Shown piece by piece: positions 59,891-64,000 of a DNA stretch of 64,000 nt. The notes under the pieces were generated by a model. It ran no database searches and had not been told where the DNA came from. It was given only the letters and a program-made list of their open reading frames with translations. The stretch's first letter is position 1; every line of letters starts with the position of its first letter. The DNA lies in IMG/VR virus record IMGVR_UViG_3300007708_000003, positions 34,361 through 98,360 of that record. One strand, 5' to 3'. This DNA is from a virus. The position numbers and the translations under genes are program-made.

Positions 59891-60285
59891 TACTCTTTTT
59901 TAAGTTTTCTTACTGGTGCTTCATCATCTGTAACTGGATCAACTTCAGACATCATTTGATTTTCAGGTTGTGGTTTTTCTGAAATACCAACTACATCACC
60001 TACCTTAATACCTTGTTCTGCTAACTCAGGATTGTTATCCAAATCCTCTTGTGTTACAGTGTGAGGAACTACTCCCTCTGGCATATCTTGTGGTTGTTGT
60101 GGTGGAGGTGCTGTAAAGTGCGCTTGTTTAGCAATTGCCTCAACTCTTCTAGCATCAAACTCAGCAGTTTGACATACAATCTCTGCAAGATCTCTTCTTA
60201 GTTTTGCAACTTCAATTTGTTCTTTATAAAAAGATAATACTTCTGCTTTTGTAGGAACCTTTTTTTCTTCTGTTTGTGTACTCAT
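59890..60285 (-). CDS. Hypothetical protein (131 aa)
   Basis: First gene after the leftward promoter; HTVTQEDLDNNPEL..GIKVGD motif. Confidence 0.65.
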   Translation of the reverse strand: MSTQTEEKKVPTKAEVLSFYKEQIEVAKLRRDLAEIVCQTAEFDARRVEAIAKQAHFTAPPPQQPQDMPEGVVPHTVTQEDLDNNPELAEQGIKVGDVVGISEKPQPENQMMSEVDPVTDDEAPVRKLKKE

Positions 60286-60310
60286 GTTTTTGTTTATTTA
60301 AATTAACACT

Positions 60311-60360
60311 ACAAATATATAAATAAAAGTTTAACTTTTACAAATTTATTATATATTTGT
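60311..60360. promoter_or_regulatory. Divergent Bacteroidota sigma-A promoters
   Basis: Minus strand: TTTG (60341-44), 21 nt, TATATTTG (60312-19). Plus strand: TATATTTG (60352-59). Central near-palindrome AAAAGTT-T-AACTTTT. Confidence 0.75.
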
Positions 60361-60384
60361 AAAATAATTTAAAAACAAACAAAC

Positions 60385-60585
60385 ATGAAAAAGTTATTTC
60401 AATATGCAGTATTACTGCATTCTTATGACAAAGACAAACTGTACTTAGATTCTAAACTTATTATTGCGCCAACAACTGCTTTGGCTAAATCTGAAAAAGA
60501 TCTTATATTTAAAATCACAAGAGACATTCCTACAGAATTTGCAGAGAATCCTGATAATATACAAATACTAGTTAGAAATTTTTAA
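60385..60585 (+). CDS. Small protein (66 aa); probable -1 frameshift extension to 60749
   Basis: ORF track; ends in A AAT TTT TAA. Confidence 0.8.
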   Translation: MKKLFQYAVLLHSYDKDKLYLDSKLIIAPTTALAKSEKDLIFKITRDIPTEFAENPDNIQILVRNF

Positions 60586-60652
60586 ATGTTCCAGACTGGT
60601 CTAATACTAATGGTACTGTATCCTTTAGTAATTCTGGAACTAATAATAGACC
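60576..60652 (+). promoter_or_regulatory. -1 programmed ribosomal frameshift signal (slippery heptamer plus pseudoknot)
   Basis: A_AAT_TTT at 60576-82; stem 1 60588-95/60633-40; stem 2 60598-603/60647-52. Confidence 0.75.
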
Positions 60653-60745
60653 TTATGATCCAAGAGAAGCAATGTATAATAATACAATTACTAATAACAC
60701 AAGCAACAGTTATAGTCTAACTGAAGCATTAAATACAGCAACATT

Positions 60746-61051
60746 ATGAAAATAGAAGTTTTAAAATTCTACGCCAATTGGTGTGGACCATGTAGAGCAC
60801 TTTCTCAAAGATTAGAAGGTGAGAAACTAACAGAAATAAATGTAGATACAGAACATGAAACAGCTATTAAGTATAGAGTAAGAACAATCCCTGTTCTTGT
60901 CTTTTTAAAAGATGGAGAAGAAGTACATAGAACTACTGGTCTTATAAGTAAGAATGAGTTTGATCTTATACTAAATGAGATCAATGATGAAAAGGATGTA
61001 GACAATATAGAAGTGACAGCAGAAATTGTAAAACCTAATACAGAAGAATAA
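60746..61051 (+). CDS. Thioredoxin (101 aa)
   Basis: FYANWCGPC active site; YRVRTIPVLVFLKDG. Confidence 0.92.
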   Translation: MKIEVLKFYANWCGPCRALSQRLEGEKLTEINVDTEHETAIKYRVRTIPVLVFLKDGEEVHRTTGLISKNEFDLILNEINDEKDVDNIEVTAEIVKPNTEE

Positions 61052-61260
61052 TGGGAGTAACAGTAAGATGTAAATTTAATTATGGACAAGTGGTATATGT
61101 CAAGACAGATATAAACCAAGATCCAAGACAAGTAATAGGAGTACAAGGTACAGCTGATGGTGGTATGCTTATAAAACTTACTATAGATGGAGATGCCAGC
61201 TGGCACTATGAATGTGAAATATCAGAAGAGAAAGATGTAATGTTAGCAATGAGTAACTAA
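61051..61260 (+). CDS. Hypothetical protein (69 aa)
   Basis: ORF track; start overlaps the thioredoxin stop. Confidence 0.65.
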   Translation: MGVTVRCKFNYGQVVYVKTDINQDPRQVIGVQGTADGGMLIKLTIDGDASWHYECEISEEKDVMLAMSN

Positions 61261-61350
61261 GTCACTTGGTGTAAGTGGGAATGAATACCACAGTAGATAA
61301 ACATGTCAACCTAATGTTGATGGATGAGAGTTCAAATCTCTCAGTGACTT
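61260..61350 (+). ncRNA. Aberrant tRNA-like element
   Basis: AGTCACT/AGTGACT acceptor, GAGAG-TTCAAAT-CTCTC T-arm, enlarged D-loop, non-canonical anticodon loop. Confidence 0.6.
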
Positions 61351-61351
61351 G

Positions 61352-61381
61352 AAACCCTGGCAGTGCTGCTGGGGTTTTTTG
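61352..61381 (+). terminator. Intrinsic terminator
   Basis: AAACCCTGGCAG..CTGCTGGGGTTT followed by T-tract. Confidence 0.75.
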
Positions 61382-61946
61382 TTACTGGTGTTTTAGCAAA
61401 AAAATTTTGGTATTTTTTAGATGACTTGAGAAAGAGAATGTGAGTACTGTATACCATAACCACCCCACGCCAAAAGACAAGCACCACCATACCCCCACTT
61501 GAAATAGCATTGTAATATAAAATATAGAATAACTTTGGGAAAAGTTTCTGTATAGAATGTTATTATGTTATGAAGCCAACTTTCTCAGGTGAGAGTTAGT
61601 ACACTAAGTAATATAGCTTAGTAGAAAATAATCTGCTTCATTGTTCCATTGTATTGTGTACAGATGCAATGCAGAATATTATATACTATAGGCATAGTCA
61701 ACTCCCCCTGACTGTGCTTGTAGTGTGTAGTATTATTAACATGTGGCTGAAGAGCATTGTACTTATCACTTTCTAAGGTGTTGTCTTATTGCTTTGACAT
61801 GTAATACCAAAGGAAGCTTTAGCAAAGCATTATTATTTATTATGACATAAGGCACACTGTACCCTCAAGTGTGTCTTATTGTTATAGTTGTTGTTACACA
61901 ACAAACCACAACACATCCATTTAACAGAACGTTAAACAATAATATT

Positions 61947-62045
61947 ATGACTGAGAACCAACTGATTGATGAACTTAACATGTCAAGAGAAGAGATTGCT
62001 GAAAGAGAGTATGAAAGAAGACATTGTAATGATGAGCAGGAGTAA
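61947..62045 (+). CDS. Small acidic peptide (32 aa)
   Basis: Read manually: MTENQLIDELNMSREEIAEREYERRHCNDEQE; A-rich leader; followed by a terminator. Confidence 0.55.
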   Translation: MTENQLIDELNMSREEIAEREYERRHCNDEQE

Positions 62046-62056
62046 TCCTGCTTTTT
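62035..62056 (+). terminator. Intrinsic terminator
   Basis: AGCAGGA-GTAA-TCCTGCT followed by TTTT. Confidence 0.65.
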
Positions 62057-62112
62057 CATTAAAGACATGACCACAACACCACCAAAGTATATAACTCTTA
62101 AATAAATAAATC

Positions 62113-62574
62113 ATGAACAATCTTGAAAGAAAACTTATTGAATTAACATTTCCAACTATCAATGTAGATAGTCTAATGGAAGTTATTGTTGTAACACCTA
62201 ACGCTACAGTTGCAACAGAAATCTTATGTGGTGTATATGTAGAACCTGTGTTTGAGAAACACAAACTTACATCAGAAGGCACTGCGCGTACATTCATGTC
62301 TTATGATAAATGGACTGAACAGATTAAGTACAAGTATCTTAGTGAGATAACTGACTACTGTTACTTTCCTGAAACTGTTGACAAATATACTATCACTCGT
62401 GATAACTATAAATCACTTGAGTGTGAATATGGTAGTACAAGCAAATCATATAGATATGGTGTAAAAACAGGTGTTATGGAAGAGCGTACTGATTGGTGTA
62501 GTGTTAAAGATTGGAACAGACTTAAAGATAATAAGTTTGAACTATCAGCAGAAGAGCTTGAGGCTACATTGTAA
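62113..62574 (+). CDS. Hypothetical (putative early) protein (153 aa)
   Basis: ORF track; A-rich leader. Confidence 0.7.
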   Translation: MNNLERKLIELTFPTINVDSLMEVIVVTPNATVATEILCGVYVEPVFEKHKLTSEGTARTFMSYDKWTEQIKYKYLSEITDYCYFPETVDKYTITRDNYKSLECEYGSTSKSYRYGVKTGVMEERTDWCSVKDWNRLKDNKFELSAEELEATL

Positions 62575-62578
62575 TAAT

Positions 62579-62609
62579 AAGAGTGTTGTGTAACAACAGC
62601 ACTCTTTTT
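62579..62609 (+). terminator. Intrinsic terminator
   Basis: AAGAGTGTTGT-GTAACA-ACAGCACTCTT followed by TTT. Confidence 0.65.
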
Positions 62610-62709
62610 AAAACAACAACCACCACACCGCCACCAAACAGAGCGCAAAAACAACACAACCCACCACCACACACCCAAAAGGTTCAGTATAACTTTAAAT
62701 AACTTTATT

Positions 62710-63267
62710 ATGTCTATTACAGTAGCAAAATCCAAAAATGGTGTTGATTATGTAACACCAAGCAAAACTCAACGTGACGCTTCAAAGCCACGTGGCTATT
62801 TCAGAATTGAGCAATCTTCTGAAAACATCACACCTAATGGTCTATTAGTTGTGAACACTAAATCTATGTTGATTAGTGGCGAAATCAGCAAGCTTGAAAA
62901 AATGCTTGCAGATAAAAACTATAAGCTTGCAGGTTGTCTTCATATTGAAGAAGTTTCTGAAGCTGATATTGATAACAGACCTGAGCTTAAAAACAGGCTG
63001 AATATCAAAAAGGAATTAAAAACAGTTCCTGTTGCTGATTATACAGCTGATGAAGTAGCTGAATATGAAACAGCTCTTGCTAAGTTTGTTAAGCGTACAG
63101 GTGCTGAGGGTGTTGAGCTTAGAAACAATGGTAATAGAATATTACGCTTCACAAGCTACGACCCAACAGGTGTATCTGTTGACAAATTGTTGCAATACAA
63201 CAATGTTGAGGAAGTTAATGCATTTAGAATTGCTCAGGAGCAAATAGGTGCTTCATTACCTCAATAG
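62710..63267 (+). CDS. Conserved-looking hypothetical early protein, possibly ssDNA-binding (185 aa)
   Basis: GYFRIEQ..GLL..SMLISG..LAG beta-rich pattern; function is a weak inference. Confidence 0.5.
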   Translation: MSITVAKSKNGVDYVTPSKTQRDASKPRGYFRIEQSSENITPNGLLVVNTKSMLISGEISKLEKMLADKNYKLAGCLHIEEVSEADIDNRPELKNRLNIKKELKTVPVADYTADEVAEYETALAKFVKRTGAEGVELRNNGNRILRFTSYDPTGVSVDKLLQYNNVEEVNAFRIAQEQIGASLPQ

Positions 63268-63287
63268 TAAGTTGAGTTGATTAGGTT

Positions 63288-63318
63288 AGAACACACCCTT
63301 AACAGGGTGTAGTTCTTT
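63288..63318 (+). terminator. Hairpin, possible terminator
   Basis: AGAACACACCCT-TAAC-AGGGTGTAGTTCT. Confidence 0.45.
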
Positions 63319-63367
63319 CCAACATAAGACAGAAAGCAATTCTTTAGAAAGATAACAACACTGTAAG

Positions 63368-63826
63368 TTATTTATCAGCATGTAACAAACTAATAGTTTT
63401 ACATCTATCAATAAATTCTTGTTGTGTTTGTGTGTGTTTCATTATATTACATTTTATACAACATGAAATAATGTTGTCAGGTGTATATCCTTTTGTGTTA
63501 TCAACTCTATCTAAAGATATATCATTAACAACATCATTACAATAATAACATTCTTTCTTATAGTAAGATTTAAGCACATCAATTGTAAGAGTATATTCAT
63601 ATCCTCTTTCTTTAGCACTGCGTTTATAATTAGAATGTTTTCTTTTCAATATCCATTCTATATCAACACCTTGCTGAAGTTTAAGTTTGGCTCTTTCTTT
63701 ATTAGTTTTGTTTACTTGTTGTCTAACAGCAGTTCTACATTCTATAGAACAATAAGAAGGTGAACAAGTATAAAATGTTTTTAATGTGATATCATATTCT
63801 TTACCACAGTGCTTACATGTTTTCAT
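63368..63826 (-). CDS. HNH endonuclease (homing-endonuclease-like) with N-terminal Zn ribbon (152 aa)
   Basis: CYYC..SLDRVDNTKGYTPDNIISCCIKCNIMK; CKHCG..YCS..C. Confidence 0.8.
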   Translation of the reverse strand: MKTCKHCGKEYDITLKTFYTCSPSYCSIECRTAVRQQVNKTNKERAKLKLQQGVDIEWILKRKHSNYKRSAKERGYEYTLTIDVLKSYYKKECYYCNDVVNDISLDRVDNTKGYTPDNIISCCIKCNIMKHTQTQQEFIDRCKTISLLHADK

Positions 63827-64000
63827 ATCATTAAGTATTGATTACATTATAATATACTACTTTTATCTCTAATTACCAAAAGAGATAAGAAAGTTGTCTC
63901 CAGCCTGTGGACAAAGTAGACTACTAAAATGTAACTTGTTAGTATACAAGTACTTATAAAGTATTATTTGTTTGAGAAGATAGTGGATGAGAGTGGTTAA

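Noticed and set aside
61301-61320. Reading the tRNA-like element as an amber suppressor (CTA in the loop)
   Set aside because: CTA cannot be centred in a 7-nt loop with U33 given the stem, and there is no evidence of recoding
60805-62735. Minus-strand ORFs 60805-61206, 61865-62074, 61983-62297 and 62406-62735
   Set aside because: They are antisense to better-supported plus-strand genes and regulatory tracts
1-64000. Stop-codon reassignment (TAG or TGA), known in some crAss-like phages
   Set aside because: Core genes (terL, portal, capsid, giant proteins) are uninterrupted in the standard code, and TAG ends several genes and the tmRNA tag
1-64000. CRISPR array, integrase/transposase, diversity-generating retroelement
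   Set aside because: No regularly spaced direct repeats, recombinase or reverse transcriptase motifs, or template/variable repeat pair were seen

Overview
AT-rich, CG-dinucleotide-poor genome segment of a crAss-like (Crassvirales-related) tailed phage with a probable Bacteroidota host, suggested by TAnnTTTG promoters, SD-less A-rich leaders and a Bacteroidota-type tmRNA. Bases 1-60285 form one minus-strand late/structural block. In transcription order it holds an Acb2/Tad1-like protein, a GroES-like protein, a structured spacer, an initiator-like tRNA-Met, tmRNA, HU/IHF, a PD-(D/E)XK nuclease, terminase large subunit, portal, scaffold, major capsid protein, small basic peptides, two ferritin-like genes, Cys-rich fibre proteins, a metallophosphoesterase, ring proteins, a split tail stabilisation (muzzle-like) protein, five large cargo/ejection-type proteins, and a giant zincin-containing probable virion RNA polymerase that runs off the left edge. 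From 60385 a divergent plus-strand region carries a strong -1 frameshift/pseudoknot candidate, thioredoxin, an aberrant tRNA-like element, a heavily structured non-coding tract and putative early genes; a minus-strand HNH gene closes the window. Most notable: (1) the -1 frameshift cassette at 60576-60749; (2) a tmRNA with a 35-residue tag; (3) a recurring xx-GG motif that punctuates three cargo proteins into modules; (4) several unexplained structured RNAs. Family assignments come from motif recognition and gene order only; no database searches were run.
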